Shown: positions 1 through 11,841 of the stretch, in pieces
Layout of the letters: each line of letters starts with the position of its first letter
Numbering within the stretch: position 1 is the first letter of the stretch
NCBI RefSeq assembly: GCF_001194135.2
Contig: NC_068984.1
Span: 56,072,139 to 56,136,138 of the forward strand
DNA: 64,000 nucleotides
From: Octopus bimaculoides
Taxonomy: Eukaryota
Direction of reading: 5' to 3'
Notes under the pieces: generated by a model
The model's database searches: none
The model's input: the letters and a program-made list of their open reading frames with translations, nothing else
Told to the model about the DNA's origin: nothing
Translations under genes and position numbers: made by a program

Positions 1-314
1 CTTCATAGGGTTTTCGAGCGAGACCGTTGCCAGTGCCCCTGGACTGGCTCTTGTGTGGGTGGCACATAAAATACACCATTTTCGAGCGTGGCCATTGCCA
101 GTACCGCCTGACTGGCCTTCGTGCGGGTGACACGTAAAAGCACCCACTACACTCTCTGAGTGGTTGGCGTTAGGAAGGGCATCCAGCTGTAGAAACTCTG
201 CCAAATTAGATTGGAGCCTGGTGTTGCCATCCGGTTTCACCAGTCCTCAGTCAAATCGTCCAACCCATGCTAGCATGGAAAGCGGACGTTAAACGATGAT
301 GATGATGATGATGA
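1..314 (+). mobile_element. Retroposon 3' portion with RTE-type tail and (GAT)n end (working family D)
   Basis: Motif GTTGGCGTTAGGAAGGGCATCCAGC...CCCATGCTAGCATGGAAAGCGGACGTTAAACGATGATG recurs at 4505, 22730, 35398, 39919 and 40181. Two ~69-bp internal tandem units start at ~11 and ~79. Confidence 0.85.
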
Positions 315-715
315 TTACATTAGACAGAGCAATCTGAATGCTAAAAGGTTAAAGCGTGAAGGTTTCTTCTCTACTGTTTGAATGGGTGGAAGAATTTCTA
401 TAATGGTATCAGAGCAGCTCTTTAATACCAAATATTGTTGATAGTAACTTCATCATCATCACCACTGCCACCACCATCATTGGCATTGTCTTCATCTTCT
501 AATCCCTAGCATACTGAAAGGCAGGATGGTCACATTAGGAATGTCGTTGATCATAAGTTTGCTTGATGAGGCTCGAAAATATCAGCAACAATTCGTTGTA
601 TAGGATGCAGCAGCAGTGGTATTACCACTTGCACCATCACCTTCTTCATCATCATTATAATCATAACCACCACTAGGTGCATCGCTCTTTATCATCAGTA
701 GCATCATAGTCATCA

Positions 716-962
716 CAAAGAGAAAGGCCTCTAAATGGTTACTTCACCTGCTAGAAACAGCAGCTAAATTGCCTGTAAATCAGACCCTACTGACTTAAAT
801 AATGCAGGGCGCATTTGATAATGTAGTCTTAAATATAATGTAATATTAGCTATACTGTGTTTGAAAACAAACCTTAATGGACATGGTCGAAACACTTTTG
901 CTCATAAATCAGTTAAATTAGGGCAGATCTGGGATTAGACAAGTTAAACAACAACAACAATA
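716..962 (+). mobile_element. Degenerate interspersed repeat ending in (AAC)n (working family F)
   Basis: CACCTGCTAGAAACAGCAGCTAAAT...CAGACCCTAC motif recurs near 16300, 23800, 27950 and 50750; (AAC)n tail. Confidence 0.55.
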
Positions 963-1197
963 TCAATCTTTGCCATAATCATCAATGGCCAACACCACCA
1001 GCATAGTGTTTGTCACTACTGCCAGGTATGTCAATACTTATCCTTATCAGTAGCAACAGCAGTGACATTAAAATCATTGCCACTACTACCACTATCATGA
1101 CCTTCATCATCATGTCTAGTGTGACTGCAATCATCATTACCATCAACCACTGTTAAAAGTTTTCTTTCATTTACCTCATGCATTATTTGAGATTCCA

Positions 1198-1526
1198 GGA
1201 GGTGCAATGGCCCAGTGGTTAGGGCAGCATACTCGCGGTCATAAGATCGCGGTTTCGATTCCCGGACCGGGCGTTGTGAGTGTTTATTGAGCGAAAACAC
1301 CTAAAGCTCCACAAGACTCCGGCAGGGGATGGTGGCAAACCTTGCTGTACTTTTTCACCACAACTTTCTCTCACTCTTACTTCCTGTTTCTGTTGTGCCT
1401 GTAATTCAAAGGGTCAGCCTTGTCACACTGTGTCACGCTGAATATCCCCGAGAACTACGTTAAGGGTACACGTGTCTGTGGAGTGCTCAGCCACTTGCAC
1501 GTTAATTTCACGAGCAGGCTGTTCTG
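1198..1526 (+). mobile_element. tRNA-derived SINE, head H1 + tail T1 (family A), runs into gap
   Basis: A box TGGCCCAGTGG and B box GGTTTCGATTCC; near-identical copies at 10466-10838 and 26104-26484. Confidence 0.9.
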
Positions 1527-2010
1527 NNNNNNNNNNNNNNNNNNNNNNNNNNNNNNNNNNNNNNNTTCATCACAAACCCAAATGAATAAGTAGAAAACTA
1601 TATTACTACTATAACTGATAATGACATAAATCCCACCAATAAATCATTTATTATTATTGTTGTTGCTGTGGTTGTTTTCAAATGAACGGGCCTGCTCTGA
1701 GCATACACCTGTAGTTGGAAAAAAGGAGAGGAAAAAAGGCACCTGCTCCAAAAGTCAGGGTACCCATAGTTTTTTTATGGGGTTTTTCCATGAGTAGCCC
1801 TTGAACATCTCCTCCCTATTGAAGATTACACATTGTTGATTTATTTTTTCCCTTTTCTTTTTTTTTTTTTCAAATTTTGTTAGTCTTGTTTACATGCAAA
1901 ACCCTCAACAACACACACTCACACACATACACACACATTCTTTGTTTTGTCCGGTAATGTCCATAATGTTTTTTTTAAATGAAAACCCTAGTGGTTAATA
2001 AAGAAATCAA

Positions 2011-2064
2011 TATTATCATCATCATCATCATCATTATTATTATTATCATTATTATTATTATTAC

Positions 2065-2110
<46 letters not shown>
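2011..2110. repeat. (ATC)n/(ATT)n compound microsatellite
   Basis: Seen directly; explains the poly-Ile ORF 1979-2176. Confidence 0.95.
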
Positions 2111-2995
2111 GTGTGTCTTGAGATAAGCAGTAAGGGACAAATCCATTCCAGTAAATCTACCTCTTGGGTGGACTAAACTGAAAGGTTATGTAGATAAATA
2201 TGATAAATATGCAATCTAAAATGTTATTGGCTACTGTGGGAGTAATAACGAATAGAACATGGCTTTGGTTCAGTTTCAGGGTGTATGTGTGTGTTTATAT
2301 ATCAGCTTACCAGGTGGGAAGGTTCCAATGTATTTGAATGGCCTGGAATGTCTCCATTCAGGGAACTATATGTAGAGACACAGTGGAATTGAAAAATTGA
2401 TAGAGAATATAGACAGAAACAAACAATTTCCTGGCACTGTAATAGTAATATATCAATTATTATAATGATGGAAAGGTGAAGGTTATAAGAAAGGAAAATA
2501 AAGAGAATTAGACTATATATAAAATTGAAATCAAATTCTTTTGTGTATTTGCATTATTTATATGTCTGAAGAATGGTGAGTGGATAGGATATAATGGTAG
2601 CAACTACTGAGTATATGTAGTGAATGCTATTTATTTTAAGTCTTTTAAATTCTGAGTTCAAGTCCTTGTCAAGATTTAAACTCAGATAAAATAGGTACCA
2701 CTTAAGAACAGAACCAATCAAATCAAGTGATCTCATCCTATAACATTTGGTGCCTAGATCCTGATTTAGAAACAAGAATGGTGGATTGGTAGAATCATTA
2801 GAATGTTGAGGACAAATGTTTTGCAGTATTTATTCTGGCTCTTAACATTCAGAGTTCAAATCTAGCTAAGATCAGTTTTGCTTTCTATCTATCTAGAGGG
2901 TCAATAAAATAAGGTACCACTCAAGTACTTGAGTTAATTTACTTGACTACACCTTCCAAAATTTTAGATTTGTATTTATAATAATAATTTTTAGT

Positions 2996-3318
2996 GAAGG
3001 TGCATGACTTAATGGTTAGGGTATTCAGCTCATGATCACAAGGTTGTGAGTTCAATTCCTGGTGACACATTGTGTCCCTGAACAAAACACTTTATTTCAT
3101 GTTGCTTCCATCCACTCAACTGGCAAAAATGAGTTGTACCTGTATTTCAAAGTGCCAGCCATGTCACACTCTGTCTCACATTGAATTTCCCTGAGAACTA
3201 CGTTAAGGGTACATGTGTTTGTGGAGTACTCAGCCACGTGCACATTAATTTCATGAACAGGTTGTTCCATTGATTGGATCAACTGGAGTCCTTGTCATCA
3301 TAACCAATGGAGTGTCAG
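2996..3318 (+). mobile_element. Degenerate SINE, head H2 + tail T1
   Basis: Head GGTGCATGACTTAATGGTTAGGGTATT...GAGTTCAATTCC matches 21726; tail CTGAGAACTACGTTAAGGGTACA...GGATCAACTGG matches family A. Confidence 0.75.
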
Positions 3319-3684
3319 TGCTTAGTGAATAATTCTTAGAAGAGCAGTTGATTGACTGAATCATTAGAGTATTGGAAAAAATGCTTTGTGGTATTTCTTT
3401 CAGCTCTACATGTTCAATGTTCAAATCCCACAAAGGTCAACTTTGCCTTTCATCTCCCTGAGGTTGATAAAATAAAGTACCAGTCTTGTAGTTCCATTTT
3501 CAGTTATGCACTTTTAGACCAAGATGGATATAGCCTTTTGTAAAACAGATATCACTGAAATAATTACCAGGCAATATACCATACTTGATAAAACTAGCTA
3601 AAAACCCCTAAAGTCCAAAGACTAAAACTTGTAAAAGAATATCTGTTCTAACAAAACATTGTTGAAGTTATTAATATCAATGCA

Positions 3685-3890
3685 GGAGGCAGCAAGCTGG
3701 CAGAATTGTTGGCAGAATGTTTAGCAGCATTTCTTCCATCTTAATATTCTGAGATCAAATGCCACTGAGATCGAATTTGCATTTCAATATTTTTAGGATC
3801 AATAAAATAAGTACCAGTCAAGTACTGGGGTTGATGTAATCAACTACTAAGATACTCAAAATTTCAGGATTTTTGTGTCAATATTGGAAA
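3685..3890 (+). mobile_element. Degenerate SINE family C
   Basis: GCAGCAAGCTGGCAGAATTGTT...AATAAAATAAGTACCAGT...ACTGGGGTTGATGTAATC aligns by eye to 59005-59229. Confidence 0.65.
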
Positions 3891-4504
3891 GGATTAACTT
3901 CAATAGTTTTTTTCTGAATTTTATTCGTGTACTCATTTATCTAGAAATTCTTCAGCTATTTTGCATGCTTTCAACATTTTCAAATTTCTGTGATAATCAG
4001 GGTCAATAATAATCCTGAAATAATCCCACAGAAATAGTGATAAAGCTCTGTTTTACACAACTGCCAATCATTTGCCATAACACAGCAATCATGCAACATC
4101 TGTGATGTACTACCTGAACAATTCAATATATTATGGTATAGAATCTAAAATGCTTTTTCATTAAGTGGGGTTTCTGCATGGTTTCACTTAATACAAGGAA
4201 ACCTTGCATAGGCAGACAGTAAGTGCAGCATTCTTAACAAAAGTGAATATAGGCTTGATAACATGGTTTTGACAACTGTTAGAAATTCTTCAACTGCAGT
4301 GTTGAAGAGTTGCAATGAAGATCTGGAATAGCTGCACAGATATGCTATCAAACATTTGATTAATTGTCTGTCTATGTTATCCATTTATCTATCTCTTTCT
4401 CTCTTTCTCTCTCTGTATACATGCACACACACACATACACACACATATGCTTATATTATAAATATATGTTATGGTGAAAGTGTGGATAACTTTTGACTTT
4501 CTCT

Positions 4505-4664
4505 CATCATCATCATCATCATCATCATCGTTTAACGTCCGCTTTCCATGCTAGCATGGGTTGGACGATTTGACTGAGGACTGGTGAAACCGGATGGCAA
4601 CACCAGGCTCCAGTCTGATTTGGCAGAGTTTCTACAGCTGGATGCCCTTCCTAACGCCAACCAC
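4505..4664 (-). mobile_element. 5'-truncated family D copy
   Basis: Reverse complement of ~157-314 including the (CAT)n tail. Confidence 0.9.
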
Positions 4665-4679
4665 ATATAAATATGTATG

Positions 4680-4713
<34 letters not shown>

Positions 4714-4719
4714 TACACT

Positions 4720-4750
<31 letters not shown>

Positions 4751-4755
4751 TTTTA

Positions 4756-5715
4756 TATTGGGTCATCAAAGTTCTTTTTTAATCTAACATATACTCTCCT
4801 TAATTTTCTACAATGCTCTTCCATCTACCTGGTAGACTTGCAAGGCCCCTCTTCCAAAATTCACATGTCCATAATGAAAAATACTCCTCCAGTACTGTTC
4901 TCACCTCGTCTGCTGAATTCATATTTTTTCCATCCAAATGATTTTGAAGACTGTGGAATAAACGATAATCAGATGGGGCAATGTCTGGCGACTATGGTGG
5001 GTGGGGCATCGTTTCCCATTCAATCTGCTCCAGCCTTTGGAATGTCATCCTCACTGTACGTGGCGAGCATTATCCTAATGGAAGAATACCTTTCGTCTTG
5101 AAACCAAAGATGGTTGTTTTTCTTCTAGCACTGACTTAAGTCACTCAAGCTGCTTACAGTAGATCTCCTTTGTTATCATTTGGTTTAGGTTTAAAAGTTC
5201 AAACTGGACTAAACCTTTCATATCCCACCAAACAGATAACAACACCTTACATGGGTAAAGACCTGCTTTAGCCTGGGGTGCTGGTGTTTTTCCTTTCCCT
5301 ACCCACTGTCTTCGGCACTTGACATTCTTATAGAAAACCCATTTCTCATCACCAGTCACAATTAAGTCCAAAAAAGGACATGACAGCAAAGAAGAGCACA
5401 CATTCACTCCCTGTGCATTATTAGACTGAGAAAGTTTGTGAGGAACCCATTGACCAAATTTGCTGACTTTTCCGATGGCACACAAGTGTCAATGAACAGT
5501 TGAATGACCATATCCAAGCTTCTCTGCTGTTGACACTGGCTTATGCTTATTGTCTGATCCCCATATATTGCATTAATATTCTTTGTACTTTCCGTTGTTT
5601 TGTTGCCTTGATTGAACTCATAAAGCAAAATATGCCAAATATGCTCCTTTGTTAAAATCAAACTGCAATCTTCAAAACTTGCACAAAGAATAAGGACAAG
5701 GTAACATTACTACCT
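4756..5715 (-). mobile_element. Decayed mariner (DD34D-type) transposon
   Basis: Minus-strand peptides WVPHKLS, IVTGDEKWVFY and KVLLSVWWD, then frameshifted HPPxSPDIAPSDY; N-terminal ILLYEFNQGNKTTE. Confidence 0.9.
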
Positions 5716-5764
5716 ATTTTTATAGCAAGGTGCCCACGCTCTTAACCACTACGCCATATGCCCA

Positions 5765-5837
5765 TGGGCATATGGCGTAGTGGTTAAAAGCGCGGGCTAC
5801 TAACCCCAAGATTCCGAGTTTGATTCCAGGCAGTGAA

Positions 5838-5893
<56 letters not shown>

Positions 5894-6050
5894 CATCAAA
5901 AGATACCTTAGGAATGAGAACCCAGGTTCAAAATTTCCCCAAGACACCTGATGAAGGCTGGAGGGTATATCAGCCGAAATGTTGTGTTAACAACAAATAA
6001 GATGAGAACAAATATCCGTCAAATGTAAATAATGTAAAGAATGTAAATAA
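5765..6050 (+). mobile_element. tRNA-headed short element with (AAT)n spacer and Penelope-like hammerhead tail (working family E)
   Basis: A box TGGCGTAGTGG, B box GAGTTTGATTCC, (AAT)n at ~5841-5890, then hammerhead motif; second copy at 56637-56897. Confidence 0.8.
5943..5988 (+). ncRNA. Minimal type I hammerhead ribozyme motif
   Basis: Stem I GACAC/GTGTT; core CTGATGA plus an extra A; stem II GGCTG/CAGCC; GAAA; loopless helix III (T at 5980 where the 55000 copy has C); predicted cleavage after GUU at 5983. Confidence 0.75.
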
Positions 6051-7584
6051 AGTAATATTCTACAGGTTATTATTTATAGCTTTAAAATTGAAATTTGCAG
6101 CTGGATTGCATATGACTCCTTCCATTCTGGGTTCAAATTCCCACCAAGGTCAACTTTGCATTTCATTTTCTGGGGGGTCAATAAAATAAAGTATCATTCA
6201 AGTACTGGGGTCAATGATATCGACTTACCCCTCCCCTCAAAATTACTGGCCTTTAGCCAAAATTATAAAATAATAATCTATAGCTTTATCTACTTTGAGT
6301 TCATACATGTATACTTACATACATAATCAGTTAAATATCTAAATTTACTGAGGACAACATAATCTATACGAACAGATATTAAAATAAATATTGTATTTTT
6401 AATTAGCTCTATCTCAAGATATTGATCACTGTTGTGACATTAGCACTCATACATCAATAAAATATAGCACATTGAAAGACATACATACATACATACATAC
6501 ATACATACATACATACTTATACACACACATACATCATATTAGTATCAGGATGTTCTCATAACTTTTGAAGAAATACTTATTTAGTAATGTTGGTAAATAA
6601 ACAACTCTGTCTGAGATGTTAATATCAATGAGACCTATATTTTATAGACTTTGTGTACAAGAGTTCCCCTTATAGCATTGGTCAAAATGCCACCAACTTA
6701 AGAACATTATTACTTCTGAGACATAAATAACGAGACAAACCATGAGAAAATGTCATCTCCATATTGTGTATTTATTATCTTGTTTTTTTTTATTATTATT
6801 TTAGCTTCTGTCTCTCTCCTAATTTTTCACATCAATTGACCTGATATGTCAAAGTTAGTTCAGTCCCTTGTTAAAGATAATAACATTGCTCAGAATACTT
6901 GCCAAAAATTTCAAGAACTGATTTCTTAATTTTTTTTTTAACCTTTACGTTTCACATTATTACACTATACAGACATATATATGTGTATTTCATCCTACCA
7001 TACGCAATTTCTAATCATTCAGAGATAACAAGGAAAGCTTCTTCTTTTTTTTTTTTCATATTAAACTTACTCTTCCATTTCATGTACCAAATAGAACATC
7101 CACCTCAAAATACAAAAGAATAACATATTCTTAACCTTTGTACTTGAAACATTTCATAGAAACAGATTTTGATCACAAAGTCTCACTTATACACACACAC
7201 ACACATGAATGCACACACACTAAGGTGCTAGTGTGGCTGTGTAGATAGAAAGCTTGTGATCTTTGGTTTGGTTCCATTTGTGGCACTTTGTGCAAGTGTA
7301 TTCTACAACAGCCCTGGGCTAACTAGAATGTGGATTTAGTAAAGGGAAACTAGACGAAGCCCACTGTAAACAAATATATATGTTTGCGAGTACCCTTGTC
7401 TAGAGATCACATAATGGTTGTAAATGAGCATCATTGTCATACAAGTGAAGTTTGTTTCCAGTCTTCCATGAAAATATAACTAATACATACACGCGTACAT
7501 ACGTACGTATGTATGTACATACATACATACATACATACATGTATGCATGCATGCATATATACATACATACATACATACATACAT

Positions 7585-8015
7585 CTGTCAAGTGAAAGCA
7601 TAACAGGCTGAATATTATTGTTTGGGACAAACATAGGAGTCAGCTGTCCTGCTGATGTGAATATCTCTTTGAAAATCAAAGAGAAAGAAGAAAATTATGG
7701 ACAATTGCTTCAAAACCTCCAGCTGCTATTGCTGGATTACAAAGTTACATTTATACCAATAATAATTGGAGCACTTGGTTTTGTAAGTAAATGCTTAACT
7801 GTCTGTCTGGATAAGCTTAGATTTTCAGAAAAAGAAATCAACCAACTGATTTGCACATTACAAATACAATCTATAAGCAGAGCAATAAAACTATGCAAAA
7901 CTTTTCCCACGTTTAAAATGTGACATTGTTTTTGTTATCAACGTTCCAAAGACAGAGCTTTGTATCTTTTTTAGAAACCAACTCCTTCTTCAGAGGAAGA
8001 ATTTAAATGATTAAA
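7585..8015 (+). mobile_element. 3' fragment of an R4/NeSL-like non-LTR retrotransposon (restriction-like endonuclease domain), inactivated
   Basis: HNRLNIIVWDK (decayed HNRPD motif), frameshift, then VSCPADVNISLKIKEKEENYGQL...IPIIIGALGFV...LCKTF, stop at 7921-7923. Confidence 0.75.
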
Positions 8016-8469
8016 AACAGAACACACACACACACAGAGCGAGCTACTAAATTCACTCATAGAGCATTTGATGGCCTGGTGTATGGAGAGGTCACTTGCC
8101 CAAGGAACCACACAGTGTGACTTATCCCAAAGCTATATGGTTTTAAAACAGACTTCTTAAACACACAGCTATGCTTGCATACATGATGAACGAATGGTCA
8201 TCTATGTACGCATCTGTGTTTTTAAACTAACTGTAGATTGCAAGTATCAGGTGGAACCATATGCTCAGACAGTAGTTAACTATAACAGAGCTAGGTAATT
8301 ACCTAGTTAGACCGCTGAAGTGTGTATTCAAATGTATTGTTATCTATTTAGACATCTTCACATTGTTTTTATCTATGCTGCTGTCTATTTAAACATATGT
8401 AACATGTTTGTATGTTTATATCTATGTCTGTTTACATGGATATATGTATGTATGCATGTAGATACATAT

Positions 8470-8538
8470 ATATGTATATATAGTGCGTGCGTATATATAT
8501 ATATATATATGTATATATAGTGCATGCGTATATATATG

Positions 8539-8612
<74 letters not shown>
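8470..8612. repeat. (TA)n-rich compound microsatellite
   Basis: Seen directly. Confidence 0.95.
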
Positions 8613-8618
<6 letters not shown>

Positions 8619-9862
8619 GTGTATGTGTGTGTGTTTATATATTATGTATTTGCACATATGTATGTTATATATAAGGAGTACCTCACAAGTAAGGTTGCAC
8701 TAAAACATGTTTTGTAGCTGAAACTCTTACAGACCTATGAGACACATGATATGAATGTGTCTGTTGTAGAGAATGTGGATGTGTGTGAGAGTACACATGC
8801 AAGAGAAAGAAAGAGAGTAAGTGAGAGAATGGAGAGCAGAAGAGAAAAGGATGGATAATAAAATCCACTTGTTGATTTTTATATCAGTAAATAGCCTATA
8901 TTCTAGAACTTCAATATGTTACATGTCTGTCAAACCTGACACAACATACACAGGTTTTTGAACATCAAAACAAGAGAAACCAGATTAGTCTAGAAGGATT
9001 CATAAACTGGAAAGTAATGTCTTTTGGATTCATCTTAAAAGGAATGGTTATGCTTCTTATTAAAATGAAAATTATTTTTGGCACTTTATTAAAAAGGGAA
9101 AGGAAAGGAAAAGGCTACATATTTCAAAAATGAAAATTTTACATGCTTCTCTCATTAACTCTTGAAATAACTCTACTGACTGGAGTTTTTGTTTTCAAGT
9201 TTTTTTTACTCCTTTTTTTTTTGTATTTTTTTTTTCACTCTCGTCACTGTATGGTTGTATGTTAGTCTATTAACATGTTTTCTATTTAGAGAGTTTACTT
9301 TTGAGAAGCATTAATGCTTCAATGGTTTATATTCAGCAACCACCTTTGTTTACTTTGGAGAGAAAGAGCCTACAAATTTAGCTGAGACAAACTGTTATTT
9401 TATTGGGTTATCGTGTTTTTGATGTTAGCAGCTCTGTTTTATCTCCAACGAGATGTTAATCAACTGGCTGTCCTGGTTGCCTAAGTTCTAATAAACAATC
9501 TTTGTGCTGCAAGAATAGGATTATCAGAAATATGGAAATGTTCTATTGTCTATAACAAAATTAAATGGTACAAATATATATAGGAATTTTCTGGCATCCT
9601 CATCATATGTTTTCATTTAGCTATCCTTCTTTTTTTCGTTTGTTTATTTAATTTTATATTATACTTTTATAATCTCCTTATTTTTATTTACTATGTGCAA
9701 AATGAAAGTTATAGAACTTTTCTCTCTCGTGGTTTTAAGTCTTAAAATTAGGTTTCTGCTAGCTGCTAGATATTTCACCGTGTACAATAATCGGGAAATT
9801 AAAACAAATAGAAAAAGGTGATATTAATAAACACAATGTTACAAACAAACAAAAGATATATA

Positions 9863-9939
9863 CAGAGTGTCTATGAAATATCTTTACAACTTCCACATTT
9901 TTAAACTCCATATTGTAAAGGGATTTTATGGACACCCTA
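9863..9939. mobile_element. ~77-bp Tc1/mariner-type mini-MITE
   Basis: Imperfect TIRs CAGAGTGTCTATGAAATATCTTTACAA / TTGTAAAGGGATTTTATGGACACCCTA; TA at the left flank. Confidence 0.5.
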
Positions 9940-10109
9940 TGTGTGTGTGTATATATATATATTAATAATGATAAGGAGAACAGAGATTTTTAACATCCAT
10001 AATTTTATTTAACAGTTCTTCACAGCATATTTTCAGGACCTACACATGTTTCAACAATCAGCAACTGCACATTGTTGGATATGCAACCAAAGCATCATGG
10101 TTGACACAG

Positions 10110-10436
10110 TTTCATCAGTCATTAGACTGCAGCCATGCTGGGACACTGCCTTGAAGAACTTTAATTGAATGAATCAACCTCAGTACATATTTTTCCTAAG
10201 TCTGATACTTATTTATCAGTCTCTTATGCTGAACAACTAAGTTATGGGGAACACAGCAACACCAGTTGTCAAATAGTGGTGAAGGGCAGACACAAAGACA
10301 CACACAAAGCCATAGCAGAAAAACATAAACATGTGTGTGTGTGTGTGCATGTGTTTGCTTGCATGTGTGTTTATATATATATATGACAGGATTCTTTCAG
10401 TTTTTGTTTACCAAATCAACTCACAAGGCTTTGTAT
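10110..10436 (-). mobile_element. Degenerate SINE family B, 3' two-thirds
   Basis: CAGTCATTAGACTGCAGCCATGCTGG...ACCAAATCAACTCACAAGGCTTTG matches the reverse complement of 57228-57676. Confidence 0.7.
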
Positions 10437-10465
10437 GTATGTATGTATGTATGTATGTATGTAGT

Positions 10466-10838
10466 GGAGGCGCAATGGCCCAGTGGTTAGGGCAGCGGAC
10501 TCGCAGTCGTAGGATCGCGGTTTCGATTCCCAGACCGGGCATTGTGAGTGTTTATTGAGCGAAAACACCTAAAACTCAACGAGGCTCCGGCAGGGGACGG
10601 TGGCGAACCCTGCTGTACTCTTCCACCACAACTTTCTCTCACTCTTACTTCCTGTTTCTGTTGTGTCTGTAATTCAAAGGGTCAGCCTTGTCACACTGTC
10701 ACGCTGAATATCCCCGAGAACTACGTTAAGGGTACACGTGTCTGTGGAGTGCTCAGCCACTTGCATGTTAATTTCACGAGCAGGCTGTTCCGTTGATCGG
10801 ATCAACTGGAACCCTCATCGTTGTAAGCGAAGGAGAGC
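10466..10838 (+). mobile_element. Full-length tRNA-derived SINE H1/T1 (family A)
   Basis: A and B boxes present; high identity to 1198 and 26104 copies; lies in a (GTAT)n tract. Confidence 0.92.
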
Positions 10839-11565
10839 GTATGTATGTGCATACATGCATGTGTGTGCCTGTGTGTGTGCATGCATGTGTATGTGTGCAT
10901 GTGTGTTTGTATGCATACACAGAATATTGTAGTTTGGCCTGTTTTCAAGTAGTAACAGTCTAGGCATTATGAAGTCCCTTAGATTTTTTTTCCCAGATAT
11001 ATACAAATGATATTTCAAAATTAAAAATATTAAATATTTCATGTAGTTATCACAGTTAATTAGATGTGGCAGTCAAAATGACAATATGTCATTATGTTGA
11101 TAATTATCAAAATAGAAAAATTAACCGTTTAACCTTCATGTTTGTTTTATGTTGTTGTTCACGCTTTATGGTAAATAAATTTCTGTGGAAAACTTTAAAA
11201 GGCGTGTTAGCTTTTAGTGAAGTTGCTTCACATGAAAAGGTTATATGGTGCTGGGATCGAGACAATGACCAAAAGTTCATTCATTCAATTGTATTAATCT
11301 AGGGTGGTGGGTGAGAGAAAAATCTTATGGTAATTATCGCAATGTGGAAATTTGCCAAGATGAGCTGTGTGCTTTTATGTAGTAGCTATGATTCAAATAG
11401 AAAGATGCATTTTGTTTTTTCATCATTCCAATACATTTTAAAATTTTATTCTAGATCAAAAGTCAGAAGTTAGTATAATGACATTTTTATAATTACAACA
11501 ATTATTGCAGTCATTTCATTAAAATTTTATACATTGACTGATTAATCTAAATTTGAAATTTTTTT

Positions 11566-11594
11566 TATATATATATATATATATATATACATAC

Positions 11595-11672
<78 letters not shown>
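11566..11672. repeat. (TA)n microsatellite
   Basis: Seen directly. Confidence 0.95.
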
Positions 11673-11676
<4 letters not shown>

Positions 11677-11802
11677 GGAAAAGGAAAGCAAAGCCAAGGC
11701 AGGATGAACATCTCAGGTCATTTAGAATATTTAATTAGAGTAAAGGTGAATCAAAAAAGTAGAAGTAAGTAGATATATATATATATTTAGAAGTAGAAGT
11801 AA

Positions 11803-11839
<37 letters not shown>

Positions 11840-11841
<2 letters not shown>

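Noticed and set aside
11-150. Repeated GCCAGT/ACTGGC hairpin units in family D as an HDV-like ribozyme
   Set aside because: Only ~8 nt lie between the paired strands, too few for P2/P3/L3, and no P1.1 GG follows
1198-1270. SINE heads as genuine tRNA genes
   Set aside because: A and B boxes are present but acceptor stems do not close and heads continue into multi-copy SINE bodies
4576-4600. CTGAGGA...GAAAC in family D copies, resembling a hammerhead core
   Set aside because: Only 5 nt lie between the core halves (no stem II), most copies read GAACC, and it is antisense to the element
8291-8306. Perfect 16-bp palindrome CTAGGTAATTACCTAG
   Set aside because: About one 8+8 palindrome is expected by chance in 64 kb; no other support
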